This document shows, piece after piece, positions 37,887 to 46,878 of a DNA stretch of 64,000 bases (position 1 is the stretch's first letter; each line of letters begins with the position of its first letter). The notes beneath the pieces were generated by a model. That model worked only from the letters and a program-made list of their open reading frames with translations. It was not told where the DNA came from and ran no database searches. Source of the DNA: Candidatus Multivoradales bacterium (GTDB lineage: Bacteria; Acidobacteriota; Thermoanaerobaculia; Multivoradales; JAHEKO01). The stretch is from the NCBI GenBank assembly GCA_965223855.1, contig CBDCXM010000009.1, forward strand, positions 2,496,001 through 2,560,000, given 5' to 3'. The position numbers were made by a program, and so were the translations under genes.

Positions 37887-38573
37887 TCAGTCCGGGAGGG
37901 TCTGGATCACGCGCTCGTCGGCGATCTTCCAACGATCGTCCTCGAGCGTCAGCCAGAGCGATTTGCGGACCCGGTCCCGGTAGCTGTCGGAGACGTAGCT
38001 CTGGGCGAAGATCACGCGACGTCGGTTGCCGCTCGTCTCCGTGACCTCGGGATCCGAGATCGTCACCCGCAGGTTGGTCTGCCGGCCGATCCGGGCTCGG
38101 CGCTCGGCGGCCCACTCGGATCGGCTCCGTCCGCCGGGAGGGTCGAAAGAGGCCGCGTAGGCAGCAAGGTAGTCGTCGATGCGACGCTCCTGCCAGGCGG
38201 CCGCCCACTGGTAGACGGCCTCGATCGGATCGTTGCTGCCGCGGTTCGCCTCGCCGCTCGTCTCGAGAGCAGACGCCGACTCGGTTTCCGAGGTAGCGCC
38301 GGTTTCGACACTGCCGGTCCCGATCGCCGCCATCGCCTCCCGGCCCGGGGACGCCCCTCTCGCCTCTTCCAGGCGCGGTCTCACCCAGAAGTGATCGAAC
38401 GCCAGCACCATGAGGCCGCCGAAGGCGATCGACAGGGCGGCGACACTGAACCAGAAGGCGAACGCCTGGGTCCTCGGACCGTCTTGCTCGGAGTCCTCGC
38501 CGTCGACCGCAGGCTCCAGAATGGCGGCGTCCAGCAGGTCGGGGGGCGAGCCGTCCTGGTCGGGGGTGGTCAT
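37887..38573 (-). CDS. Membrane-anchored NTF2-like domain protein (Csd6 C-terminal-like)
   Basis: One TM, linker, then 'WAAAW...YLAAYA...W...R...FAQSY.S..Y.D...K.L...WKI..E'. Confidence 0.7.
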   Translation of the reverse strand: MTTPDQDGSPPDLLDAAILEPAVDGEDSEQDGPRTQAFAFWFSVAALSIAFGGLMVLAFDHFWVRPRLEEARGASPGREAMAAIGTGSVETGATSETESASALETSGEANRGSNDPIEAVYQWAAAWQERRIDDYLAAYAASFDPPGGRSRSEWAAERRARIGRQTNLRVTISDPEVTETSGNRRRVIFAQSYVSDSYRDRVRKSLWLTLEDDRWKIADERVIQTLPD

Positions 38574-38650
38574 CTCGATTCGCGGGGGAGTGCGCGGCGG
38601 CAAGTTACCACGCCGAGCCGCCGGTGCCGGGGAAACCGGACAACGTCCGA

Positions 38651-38679
38651 TTGACAGATGGGAGGGGGGCGCATACCCT
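38651..38679 (+). promoter_or_regulatory. Predicted sigma70 promoter of the yceD-rpmF-plsX-fab operon
   Basis: TTGACA-17 nt-TACCCT, followed by GAGGAGG RBS and GTG 38711. Confidence 0.7.
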
Positions 38680-38710
38680 TCTCGGCCGGTGTGCCGAGGA
38701 GGCTTGCGGC

Positions 38711-39229
38711 GTGCAGATTCGCCTCGAGAAGATCGAACAGGAGCCGTTCCGCTGGGAGCGATCCGAGCCGGTTCCCGAGGAGGTTCTGGAACGGCCGGAG
38801 GTCGTCTCGATCGATGACCTCGAGTGGAGGGGGTCGATCTCGCCGGCCCATCCGGGTTGGCGTCTGGTGGCGCAACTCGACTACCGGCAGACTCTGGCGT
38901 GCAGCCGCTGTCTGCAACCCCTACAGGAGAAGATCGAGCAGGAGATCGAGCTGTTTCTGATCGTACGGCCCCCCCAACCGCTGGGAGGGGACGTCGAACT
39001 CGATGACACCGACCTCGGTACGTTGGCTCTGGAAGACGAAGTCCTCGAAACCGACCCGATTCTGCTCGAGCAACTGGAACTCAACATCCCCATGACCTCA
39101 CTGTGCCGGGACGACTGTGCCGGCCTCTGCCCGTATTGCGGGAGCGATCGCAACGACAACCCCGACTGTTGCCAGGGGGGTGAGATCGACCCCCGCTGGA
39201 AGGCGCTCGAGGACCTCCGGAAGAACTGA
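38711..39229 (+). CDS. yceD: DUF177/YceD-family protein
   Basis: 'CSRCL', 'LCRDDCAGLCPYCG', 'IDPRWKAL'; canonical position before rpmF. Confidence 0.9.
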   Translation: MQIRLEKIEQEPFRWERSEPVPEEVLERPEVVSIDDLEWRGSISPAHPGWRLVAQLDYRQTLACSRCLQPLQEKIEQEIELFLIVRPPQPLGGDVELDDTDLGTLALEDEVLETDPILLEQLELNIPMTSLCRDDCAGLCPYCGSDRNDNPDCCQGGEIDPRWKALEDLRKN

Positions 39230-39264
39230 CGCGCCCCTGCGAGCGCGAGACGAAGGAAAGTACG

Positions 39265-39450
39265 ATGGCCAATCCGAAGCGACGACACTCCAAGGCACGC
39301 CGCAACCGCCGGCGGGCCCACGATGCCCTCGACCGGCCGCCTGCGTCGGTCTGTCCCAACTGCGGAGAGGCCAGGCTGCCGCACCGGGCATGTCCCTCCT
39401 GCGGCCACTACCACGGTCGCGAAGCTGTAGAGATCGACGACGCGATCTGA
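39265..39450 (+). CDS. rpmF: 50S ribosomal protein L32 (Zn-ribbon form)
   Basis: 'MANPKRRHSKARRNRRR...CPNCG...HRACPSCG'. Confidence 0.97.
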   Translation: MANPKRRHSKARRNRRRAHDALDRPPASVCPNCGEARLPHRACPSCGHYHGREAVEIDDAI

Positions 39451-39466
39451 CCTGGGCGCTCGGCCG

Positions 39467-40528
39467 GTGCTGATCGCGGTGGACGCGATGGGTGGCGATC
39501 ACGCCCCCCGCGCAGTGGTCGAGGGTGCCCTCGCCGCGGTTCGCGAGGACGGCGCGCGGGTCGCGCTCGTCGGGGACCGGAAGCGGATCGAGGCCGAGGT
39601 CGAGGCGCTCGGCGGCAGGCTCGAGGAGATCGAGATCCTCGTCGCCGACGAAGTCGTGACGATGGCCGAGAGCCCTGCCCAGGCTCTGCGGACCAAGCGC
39701 CGCAGCTCGATACGGGTCTGCGGTGAGGCGGTGCGCGACGGCAAGGCGGACGCCTTCGTCACCGCCGGCAACACCGGAGCGGCGATGATCGTCGCCAAGA
39801 TGATCGTCGGTGCCGAGCAGGGTGTCGATCGACCCGCACTGGCTGCGGTCTTCCCCAACCCACAGGGGCGTACCGTGATTCTCGACGTCGGCGCCAACGT
39901 CGATACCAAGCCTGAGCAGCTGCGCGAGTTCGCTGTCATGGGGCATTCCTATGCGCGCGGCGTGCTGGGCGTCGAGAGCCCGCGCATCGGCCTGCTGTCG
40001 ATCGGCAGCGAGGAAGGCAAGGGGGACGAACTCACCCGCGAGGGCTTCGAAGCGCTCGAGTCGACCGGTCTCAACTTCGTCGGTAACGTCGAGGGGAGCG
40101 ATGTCTTCTCGGGCGGGGTCGATGTCATCGTTTGCGACGGCTTCGTCGGCAACGCGATCCTCAAGAGCGCCGAATCGCTGGTCGAGTTCATCGTCGCGAC
40201 GATGCGGGACGAGTTCGGTGCGTCGCCGCGCACACGGCTCGGCTTCGCGCTTTCGAAACCGGCCTTTCACGCCCTGCAGCGCCGCACCGACTACGCGGAG
40301 TACGGTGCCGCACCGCTGCTCGGCGTTCGAGGCGGGTGCTTCATCGCGCATGGGCGATCCAGTCCGAGGGCGATTCGCAGTTCGATCCGCAGAGCCGTCG
40401 AGTTCTGCACGGCCGACGTCGCAGGTAAGATCCGCGAGATCGTCGCCGAGCTTCACGAGCAGGAACGCCGGCTGTTACCGCAGGATCCACCTGCGGACGC
40501 CGAAGGCGAGGGGAACCCTACGACATGA
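39467..40528 (+). CDS. plsX: Phosphate acyltransferase
   Basis: 'IAVDAMGGDHAP', 'AGNTGA', 'DVGAN', 'DGFVGN'. Confidence 0.97.
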   Translation: MLIAVDAMGGDHAPRAVVEGALAAVREDGARVALVGDRKRIEAEVEALGGRLEEIEILVADEVVTMAESPAQALRTKRRSSIRVCGEAVRDGKADAFVTAGNTGAAMIVAKMIVGAEQGVDRPALAAVFPNPQGRTVILDVGANVDTKPEQLREFAVMGHSYARGVLGVESPRIGLLSIGSEEGKGDELTREGFEALESTGLNFVGNVEGSDVFSGGVDVIVCDGFVGNAILKSAESLVEFIVATMRDEFGASPRTRLGFALSKPAFHALQRRTDYAEYGAAPLLGVRGGCFIAHGRSSPRAIRSSIRRAVEFCTADVAGKIREIVAELHEQERRLLPQDPPADAEGEGNPTT

Positions 40529-41502
40529 GAGCGCGAATCGCCGGCACCGGAATGGGGGTGCCGGACAAGGTCCTGACCAACGCAGACCTCGAGAAGATCG
40601 TCGACACGAGCGACGAGTGGATCACCACCCGCACCGGGATCAAGGAGCGGCGGATGGCGGAGAAGGGCCAGAAGCTCTCCGACTTCGCGATTCCGGCGGC
40701 GAAAGGCGCCCTCGAGATGGCCGGCGTCGAGGGCGGAGAGGTCGATCTCGTGATCTGTGCGACGATCTCGTCAGACCGGCTCTTCCCGGCGACGTCCTGC
40801 ATCATCCAGGACGCCGTGGGCGCGAAGGACGCGCCCGCTTTCGACCTTTCCGCCGCGTGCACCGGATTCCTGTACGGCGTCAACCTCGGCACTCAGTTCA
40901 TCGAGGCCGGGCGGGCGCGGAACGTGCTGGTCGTCGGCGGCGAGATGTTGACGCAGATGCTCGACTGGAGCGATCGCACGACCTGCGTGCTGTTCGGCGA
41001 CGGCGCGGGAGCGGTCTGCCTTCAGGCGACCGAAGACGAGCGCGGTGTGCTCGGCTACGCGATGCACGCCGACGGCTCGCTCGGCGATCTCATCGAGCGG
41101 CCGGGCGGGGGGAGTCGAGCCCCGATCAGCCACGAGATGATCGATGCCGGGCTTTCGACCGTGCGGATGAAAGGTAACGAGACCTTCAAGAAGGCGGTGC
41201 GCCGGCTCGCCGAAGTGAGCACCGAGGCGCTCGCCGAGTGCGGCCTGGCTCCCGAGGACGTCGACTGGTTCATCCCACACCAGGCCAACAAGCGGATCAT
41301 CGACGCCGTCGGTCAGCGTCTCGCGGTGCCGGAGGGGGCGACCTACGTGAACGTCCACCGCTACGGCAACACCTCGGCCGCCTCCGTTCCGATCGCTCTC
41401 GACGAGCTGAATCGCGCCGGGCGAATCGAGGAAGGCCAGACCGTGCTGATGACCGCCTTCGGCTCCGGGCTGACCTGGGCGTCGGCCGTGGTGCGCTGGT
41501 AG
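40525..41502 (+). CDS. fabH: 3-oxoacyl-ACP synthase III
   Basis: 'TSDEWITTRTGI', 'AACTGF', 'PHQAN', 'YGNTSAAS'. Confidence 0.97.
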   Translation: MRARIAGTGMGVPDKVLTNADLEKIVDTSDEWITTRTGIKERRMAEKGQKLSDFAIPAAKGALEMAGVEGGEVDLVICATISSDRLFPATSCIIQDAVGAKDAPAFDLSAACTGFLYGVNLGTQFIEAGRARNVLVVGGEMLTQMLDWSDRTTCVLFGDGAGAVCLQATEDERGVLGYAMHADGSLGDLIERPGGGSRAPISHEMIDAGLSTVRMKGNETFKKAVRRLAEVSTEALAECGLAPEDVDWFIPHQANKRIIDAVGQRLAVPEGATYVNVHRYGNTSAASVPIALDELNRAGRIEEGQTVLMTAFGSGLTWASAVVRW

Positions 41503-41522
41503 CCGGGCAGGAGGAGCTCACG

Positions 41523-42476
41523 ATGAAGATCGCCATCGTCTTCCCCGGACAGGGGTCGCAGTACGTCGGTATGGGGAAGGGGTGGTGCGAGCGCTATCCG
41601 GCTGCCCGCGAAGTCTTCGAGGAGGCCGACGAGGCGCTCGGGGAGTCCTTGTCGACGCTGTGCTGGGAAGGCCCCGAGGAGGACCTCAGGCTGACCGCCA
41701 ACACCCAGCCGGCGATCCTGACCGCCTCGGTCGCGGCTCTCCGGGTGCTCGTCGACGGCCCGCTCGAAGAGCGCGGCCTGGAGACGGTCGTGATGGCCGG
41801 GCACAGCCTCGGCGAGTATTCGGCGCTCGTCGCCGCCGGTGTTCTCGAGTTTGCCGACGCGGTGCGGCTGGTGCGGCGCCGCGGCGAGCTGATGCAGGAG
41901 GCGGTGCCGGTCGGTCAGGGCGCGATGGCGGCGATCCTCGGGCTCGAGGACGAGGCCGTCAGGAAGGTCGTCGGGGAGGCCGGCAACGAGAACGAGGTGT
42001 GTGCCGTTGCCAACCTCAACTCTCCGGGTCAGGTCGTGATCGCCGGCCACGCCGGTGCCGTCGAGCGGGCGATCTCGCTCGCGCAGCAGGCCGGTGCCAG
42101 ACGGGCGGTTGCGCTTCCGGTGTCGGCGCCGTTCCACTCGCCGCTGATGGCACCGGCACGGGAGGGGCTGATGCCGTATCTCGAAGCTGTCAGGTTCGAC
42201 GATCCGGAGAAGCCGGTCGTGGTCAACATCGACGCCGCACCGGTCGCGAGCGGTGCAGCCGCCCGCGACGCGTTGGTCCGGCAGATCGACGGCCCGGTGC
42301 GCTGGGTCGAATCCGTGGAGGCGATGGCGACGCGCTTCGAGCCCGAGGCGTTCGTGGAAGTCGGTCCGGGCAATGTGCTCAGCGGTCTCGTGAAGCGGAT
42401 CGCGCGCGGGACGGTGACGGCGGCGATCTCGGAGCCCGACGACATCGAGAAGCTGCCCGGCGGGAGCGCAGCCTGA
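41523..42476 (+). CDS. fabD: Malonyl CoA-ACP transacylase
   Basis: 'FPGQGSQ', 'GHSLGEY', 'VSAPFHS'. Confidence 0.97.
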   Translation: MKIAIVFPGQGSQYVGMGKGWCERYPAAREVFEEADEALGESLSTLCWEGPEEDLRLTANTQPAILTASVAALRVLVDGPLEERGLETVVMAGHSLGEYSALVAAGVLEFADAVRLVRRRGELMQEAVPVGQGAMAAILGLEDEAVRKVVGEAGNENEVCAVANLNSPGQVVIAGHAGAVERAISLAQQAGARRAVALPVSAPFHSPLMAPAREGLMPYLEAVRFDDPEKPVVVNIDAAPVASGAAARDALVRQIDGPVRWVESVEAMATRFEPEAFVEVGPGNVLSGLVKRIARGTVTAAISEPDDIEKLPGGSAA

Positions 42477-42489
42477 GGCTGCGTGGCTC

Positions 42490-42563
42490 GACAGCCGCAT
42501 CACCGGACGACAGCCGGATCACCTGAGGACTGCCGTGTCAGCAGAGACAGCCGTGTCACAAGA
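42490..42563. repeat. Four degenerate 18-19 bp tandem repeats (core GACWGCCGNRTCA) between fabD and fabG
   Basis: gacagccgcatcaccggac / gacagccggatcacctgag / gactgccgtgtcagcaga / gacagccgtgtcacaaga. Confidence 0.8.
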
Positions 42564-42587
42564 GACGAAGCCCGGGAGGCGAAACGG

Positions 42588-43340
42588 ATGAAGCTCTTCT
42601 CGTTGGAAGGAAGAAACGCCCTCGTGACGGGGGCGTCGCGCGGAATCGGAGAGGCGATCGCGCGGCGGCTGGCCGCCCAGGGGGCGAACGTCGTCCTGGC
42701 GGCTCGCAGCACCGATCGCCTCGAGGCGATCGCTGGTGAGATCGCCGCCGCCGGAGGGGGCGAGCCGTTTCCTCTCGCGCTCGATCTGACCGACCCGGAA
42801 GGGCTTCAGGGGGCACTCGACGCGATCCCGGACTCGCACAGGCCGCTCCACATTCTCGTCAACAACGCCGGCATCACCCGTGACAATCTGCTGGCGAGGA
42901 TGAAGCCGGACGAGTGGGACAGCGTGCTGGCGACGAACCTGACAGGTGCCTTCCAGCTCACGAAGGCGCTCGTCAGAGGCATGATGAAGGAGCGCTGGGG
43001 GCGGGTGATCTCGATCTCGTCGGTTGTCGGGCTGATGGGCAATCCCGGTCAGGCCAACTACGCTGCGGCGAAGGCCGGCCTGATCGGCTTTTCCAAGTCG
43101 ATCGCGCGCGAACTGGCGAGCCGCAACATCACGGTCAACGTGATCGCGCCCGGATACATCGAGACCGCGATGACGGCGGAGATCTCGGAGGAGGCCTCCC
43201 GGGAGCTGTTCGAGCGGATTCCGCTCGGCCGGCTGGGCGGCGTCGACGACATCGCCGCGGCCGCCGTGTACCTGGCCTCGGACGCCGCCGGCTACGTGAC
43301 CGGTGAGGTGTTGAACGTCTCCGGCGGGCTCTACATTTAG
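42588..43340 (+). CDS. fabG: 3-oxoacyl-ACP reductase
   Basis: 'TGASRGIG', 'NNAGITRD', 'YAAAK'; GGAGG RBS before ATG 42588. Confidence 0.97.
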   Translation: MKLFSLEGRNALVTGASRGIGEAIARRLAAQGANVVLAARSTDRLEAIAGEIAAAGGGEPFPLALDLTDPEGLQGALDAIPDSHRPLHILVNNAGITRDNLLARMKPDEWDSVLATNLTGAFQLTKALVRGMMKERWGRVISISSVVGLMGNPGQANYAAAKAGLIGFSKSIARELASRNITVNVIAPGYIETAMTAEISEEASRELFERIPLGRLGGVDDIAAAAVYLASDAAGYVTGEVLNVSGGLYI

Positions 43341-43458
43341 CTCGAAGTTCCGCGATCCGGTGCCGGCGCCGAGCGATGACAAGCCGGGGCGCATGTGCTA
43401 AAACTCGCCCTCGGCAAGCTCTTGCCGCATTTTCAAACCCTCAGGAGGGCTCCCCAAG

Positions 43459-43692
43459 ATGTCTGTCTCAGATTCCGTCAAGAACATCATCGCCGAGCAG
43501 CTCGGCGTGGAAAAGGACGAAGCGACCCCCGAGGCGAGCTTCACCGAGGATCTCGGAGCCGACTCGCTCGACATCGTGGAGCTGGTGATGGCCTTCGAGG
43601 AGGAGTTCGAGATCGAGATTCCCGACGAGCACGCCGAGAAGATCTCCACCGTGAAGGACGCGGTCTCCTACATCGAGAACGCCAAGGCCTGA
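43459..43692 (+). CDS. acpP: Acyl carrier protein
   Basis: '[14 protein letters not shown]'. Confidence 0.98.
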   Translation: MSVSDSVKNIIAEQLGVEKDEATPEASFTEDLGADSLDIVELVMAFEEEFEIEIPDEHAEKISTVKDAVSYIENAKA

Positions 43693-43719
43693 CGGCCGCT
43701 CTCTGCGGAGAGAACCGAC

Positions 43720-44967
43720 ATGACGCAGCGGCGCGTCGTCGTGACGGGAGTGGGGCTGGTGTCCCCGCTCGCGATCGGCACTCGCGAGACGTGGGAGGCC
43801 CTCCTCGCGGGTCGCAGTGGGATCGGAACCGTGACCCGGTTCGATGCCTCGGAGTATCCGAGTCGCATCGCCGGTGAGGTGAAGGGGTTCGATCCGGCTG
43901 ACTTCATCGCCGACCGCAAGGAGATCAAGAAGGGGGACACGTTCATCCACTACGCCGTGGCGGCGGCGGAGATGGCGATGTCGGAGTCCGGTCTCGAAGT
44001 GACCGAGGCCAACGCCGAGCGGGTCGGCGTGATCATCGGCGCCGGGATCGGCGGGTTGCCGCTCATCGAGGCGACGCACAAGACCCTCCTGGAGCGAGGG
44101 CCCGGCCGCGTATCGCCGTTCTTCATTCCCGGCCTCATCGCGAACATGCCCGCCGGGCAGATTTCGATCCGATACGGAGCCAGAGGCCCCAATTCGGCCC
44201 CGTGCACAGCCTGCACCACCGGTGTCCACGCGGTGGGGGATGCCTTCCGCCAGATCCAGTTCGGGTTCGCCGACGCCATGATCGCCGGTGGTACCGAGTC
44301 GGTCATCACGCCGCTGGCGCTGGGTGGATTCGCCGCGATGAAGGCACTCTCGACGCGTAACGACGAGCCCGAGCGTGCCTCCCGCCCATGGGACAAGGAC
44401 CGAGACGGCTTCGTCATCGGTGAAGGAGCGGGCATCCTGGTGCTCGAAGAGCTCGAGCAGGCTCGAAGCCGGGGAGCCGAGATCTACGCCGAGGTGATCG
44501 GCTACGGCATGAGCGGCGATGCGTACCACATCTCGGCGCCGCACCCCGAAGGTCTCGGCGCCGCCGCCGTGATGCGCAACGCGATTGCCGATGCCGGGAT
44601 CGAACCCGAAGAGGTCGGCTACATCAATGCGCACGGCACCTCGACTCCGCTCGGCGACATCGGTGAGGTGAAGGCGATCAAGCAGGTCTTCGGCGATCAC
44701 GCCTACCGGCTGGCGGTCTCCTCCACGAAGTCGGCAACGGGACACCTGCTGGGTGCCGCCGGCGGCCTCGAGTCCGGGATCCTGGCACTCGCGGTGCGCC
44801 ATCAAACGTTGCCGGCGACGCTCAATCTCGAAGAGCCGGGCGAGGAGTGCGATCTCGACTTCGTACCCCTCGAGGCGCGCACGGCCGATCTCAGCGTCGG
44901 CCTGACGAATTCGTTCGGTTTCGGCGGCACCAACGGCGCTCTCGCAATGCGTCGCTGGGACGGCTGA
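43720..44967 (+). CDS. fabF: 3-oxoacyl-ACP synthase II
   Basis: 'TACTTG', 'NAHGTST', 'STKSATGH', 'NSFGFGG'. Confidence 0.97.
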   Translation: MTQRRVVVTGVGLVSPLAIGTRETWEALLAGRSGIGTVTRFDASEYPSRIAGEVKGFDPADFIADRKEIKKGDTFIHYAVAAAEMAMSESGLEVTEANAERVGVIIGAGIGGLPLIEATHKTLLERGPGRVSPFFIPGLIANMPAGQISIRYGARGPNSAPCTACTTGVHAVGDAFRQIQFGFADAMIAGGTESVITPLALGGFAAMKALSTRNDEPERASRPWDKDRDGFVIGEGAGILVLEELEQARSRGAEIYAEVIGYGMSGDAYHISAPHPEGLGAAAVMRNAIADAGIEPEEVGYINAHGTSTPLGDIGEVKAIKQVFGDHAYRLAVSSTKSATGHLLGAAGGLESGILALAVRHQTLPATLNLEEPGEECDLDFVPLEARTADLSVGLTNSFGFGGTNGALAMRRWDG

Positions 44968-45134
44968 TCGGGCGGACCGCTAACCGTCCCCCTGTCGGAC
45001 GAGCCTCCTTCGCCTCCAGCCGTGGGGACGGCGAAACTCCATCGTCGTCGCCTACGTAGGGCGGTGGGAGCAGGCGACGCCCGGCGGATGTGAGCGGTCG
45101 GCGGCGTGCTGCCGCGAGAGGAGATCGGCAACGG

Positions 45135-46841
45135 ATGAGTGGCTCCAACGAACACAGCCGAGGAGAACGGGCCTTGAGGCTCTGGCCGGGGGTCTCGATC
45201 GTCGCCCTGCAATGGAGCGTCTGGTGGCTACTGCCGCTTCTGGTGGCCGGAACCGTCGCCGGCTACGGTGCCGTCCTCGGTGCCGCCGCCGGCTGGCTGC
45301 TGGCGATGGTCTGGTGGGTCGGGTTCAGCAAGGCGCCGGCGATCGAGCGACTGCTGGCACCGCTGGCCATGGCGGCCGGCGGCGCGGCGACGTTGCCGTT
45401 GCTCGACGAGTCGGTTCGAACCGCCGGGCAGGGAATGCTCTTCTACTTCACGGTCCTTCCATGGCTCTCGCTCGCGCTCGTCGGCTGGGCGGTCTGGAGC
45501 CAGGGTCGTTCGCACCGGAAGGCCCGCATCGGGCTGGTCGTCGCTGTGGCGGCAGTCTTCGCCGGCTGGCTGTGCGTCCGTATGGAGGGAACCCACTCGC
45601 TGGGCGCTCACTACGCCTGGCGCTGGGCGCCGACGGCCGAGGAGCGATTGCTCGGCCTGCCCGCTGATCAGGTCGCGGCCCGGGCGGACGGCACCGCGAG
45701 CAGCGCCGCTCTCTGGCCGGGCTTTCGTGGCCCGAGCCGCGACGGCATCGTCCCCTCGACCCGCATCGAGACGGACTGGACGGCATCTCCACCTCGCGAG
45801 CGCTGGCGCCGACCGGTCGGGCCCGGTTGGTCGTCGTTCGCGGTCGGCGGCGATCTGCTCTACACCCAGGAACAGCGTGGTGACGAGGAGTGGGTGAGCT
45901 GTTACCGGTTGAGCAGCGGCGAGCCGGTCTGGCACCACGCGAGCCCGGCCCGCTTCTGGGAGGCCAACGCCGGTGCCGGCCCGCGAGGGACGCCGACTCT
46001 GGAGAACGGTGTCGTCTATTCGCTGGGCGCGACGGGGCTACTGAACGCCCTGGACGCGGTGAATGGTCGTCTGCGATGGTCGCGCGACGTTTCTGCCGAC
46101 ACCGGCGAAGAGATCCCGATCTGGGGCTTCTCGGCTTCGCCGCTGTTGCTCGACGGTCGGCTGTACGTCGCCGCGGCGGGGCGTTTGGTGGCTTACGAGG
46201 CGGCATCGGGTGAGCTCGCCTGGCTCGGTCCGGAAGGGGGCAACGGCTACAGCTCACCTCATCGGATGGAGTTCGAAGGGGCGGCACACGTCGTTCTCCT
46301 GGGTGGCGAGGGGGCGGCCGGATTCGATCCCGAGAGCGGAGAGCTGCTGTGGCGGCAGGAGTGGCCCGGCTTCCCGATCGTCCAGCCGGCGACGGCGGCG
46401 AACGGCGACCTGCTGATCGGCAGCGACCAGACCGGACTCGGCCGCTACCGGATCTCGAGCGCTGCCGGCGGTTGGAGCTCCGAGGAGCGCTGGCAGTCGA
46501 ACCGTCTCAAGCCCTACTTCAGTGACTACGTCGTGCACGAAGGACACGCCTACGGCTTCGACGGGAATATCCTGGCGGCGGTCGATCTGGCGGACGGCGA
46601 GCGCCGCTGGAAGGGCGGGCGCTACGGCCACGGCCAGTTGTTGCTGCTCGCCGACCGTGACCTGCTGCTGGTTCTGACCGAGAAGGGAGAGCTGGCGCTC
46701 GTCGCGGCACGGCCGGACGGCTTCGAGGAGATCGCCCGTCGCCCGGTGCTCGGCGGCAAGACCTGGAATCACCCGGTACTGGTCGAGGGAGTGCTGCTGG
46801 TGCGCAACGGCGAGGAGATGGCGGCTTTCGACGTCGGTTGA
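45135..46841 (+). CDS. Membrane-anchored PQQ-like beta-propeller protein
   Basis: About 5 N-terminal TMs, then 'WPGFRGP.RDG', repeated 'G...W' blades, 'KTWNHP'. Confidence 0.85.
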   Translation: MSGSNEHSRGERALRLWPGVSIVALQWSVWWLLPLLVAGTVAGYGAVLGAAAGWLLAMVWWVGFSKAPAIERLLAPLAMAAGGAATLPLLDESVRTAGQGMLFYFTVLPWLSLALVGWAVWSQGRSHRKARIGLVVAVAAVFAGWLCVRMEGTHSLGAHYAWRWAPTAEERLLGLPADQVAARADGTASSAALWPGFRGPSRDGIVPSTRIETDWTASPPRERWRRPVGPGWSSFAVGGDLLYTQEQRGDEEWVSCYRLSSGEPVWHHASPARFWEANAGAGPRGTPTLENGVVYSLGATGLLNALDAVNGRLRWSRDVSADTGEEIPIWGFSASPLLLDGRLYVAAAGRLVAYEAASGELAWLGPEGGNGYSSPHRMEFEGAAHVVLLGGEGAAGFDPESGELLWRQEWPGFPIVQPATAANGDLLIGSDQTGLGRYRISSAAGGWSSEERWQSNRLKPYFSDYVVHEGHAYGFDGNILAAVDLADGERRWKGGRYGHGQLLLLADRDLLLVLTEKGELALVAARPDGFEEIARRPVLGGKTWNHPVLVEGVLLVRNGEEMAAFDVG

Positions 46842-46878
46842 GCCGGTGATCCTGCTGGGGATCGCCTGGGGAGTCGGC

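Noticed and set aside
42490-42563. Possible mini-CRISPR array
   Set aside because: Units are adjacent 18-19 bp degenerate repeats with no spacers and no cas genes; the RecB/Cas4-like domain at 33.8 kb belongs to a TM0106-type fusion.
44968-45134. Inverted repeats after fabF (ccgtcccc...ggggacgg; gtcgcct...aggcgac) as terminator or ncRNA
   Set aside because: Long loops, no U-tract, and 7-8 bp GC stems are expected by chance at this GC content.
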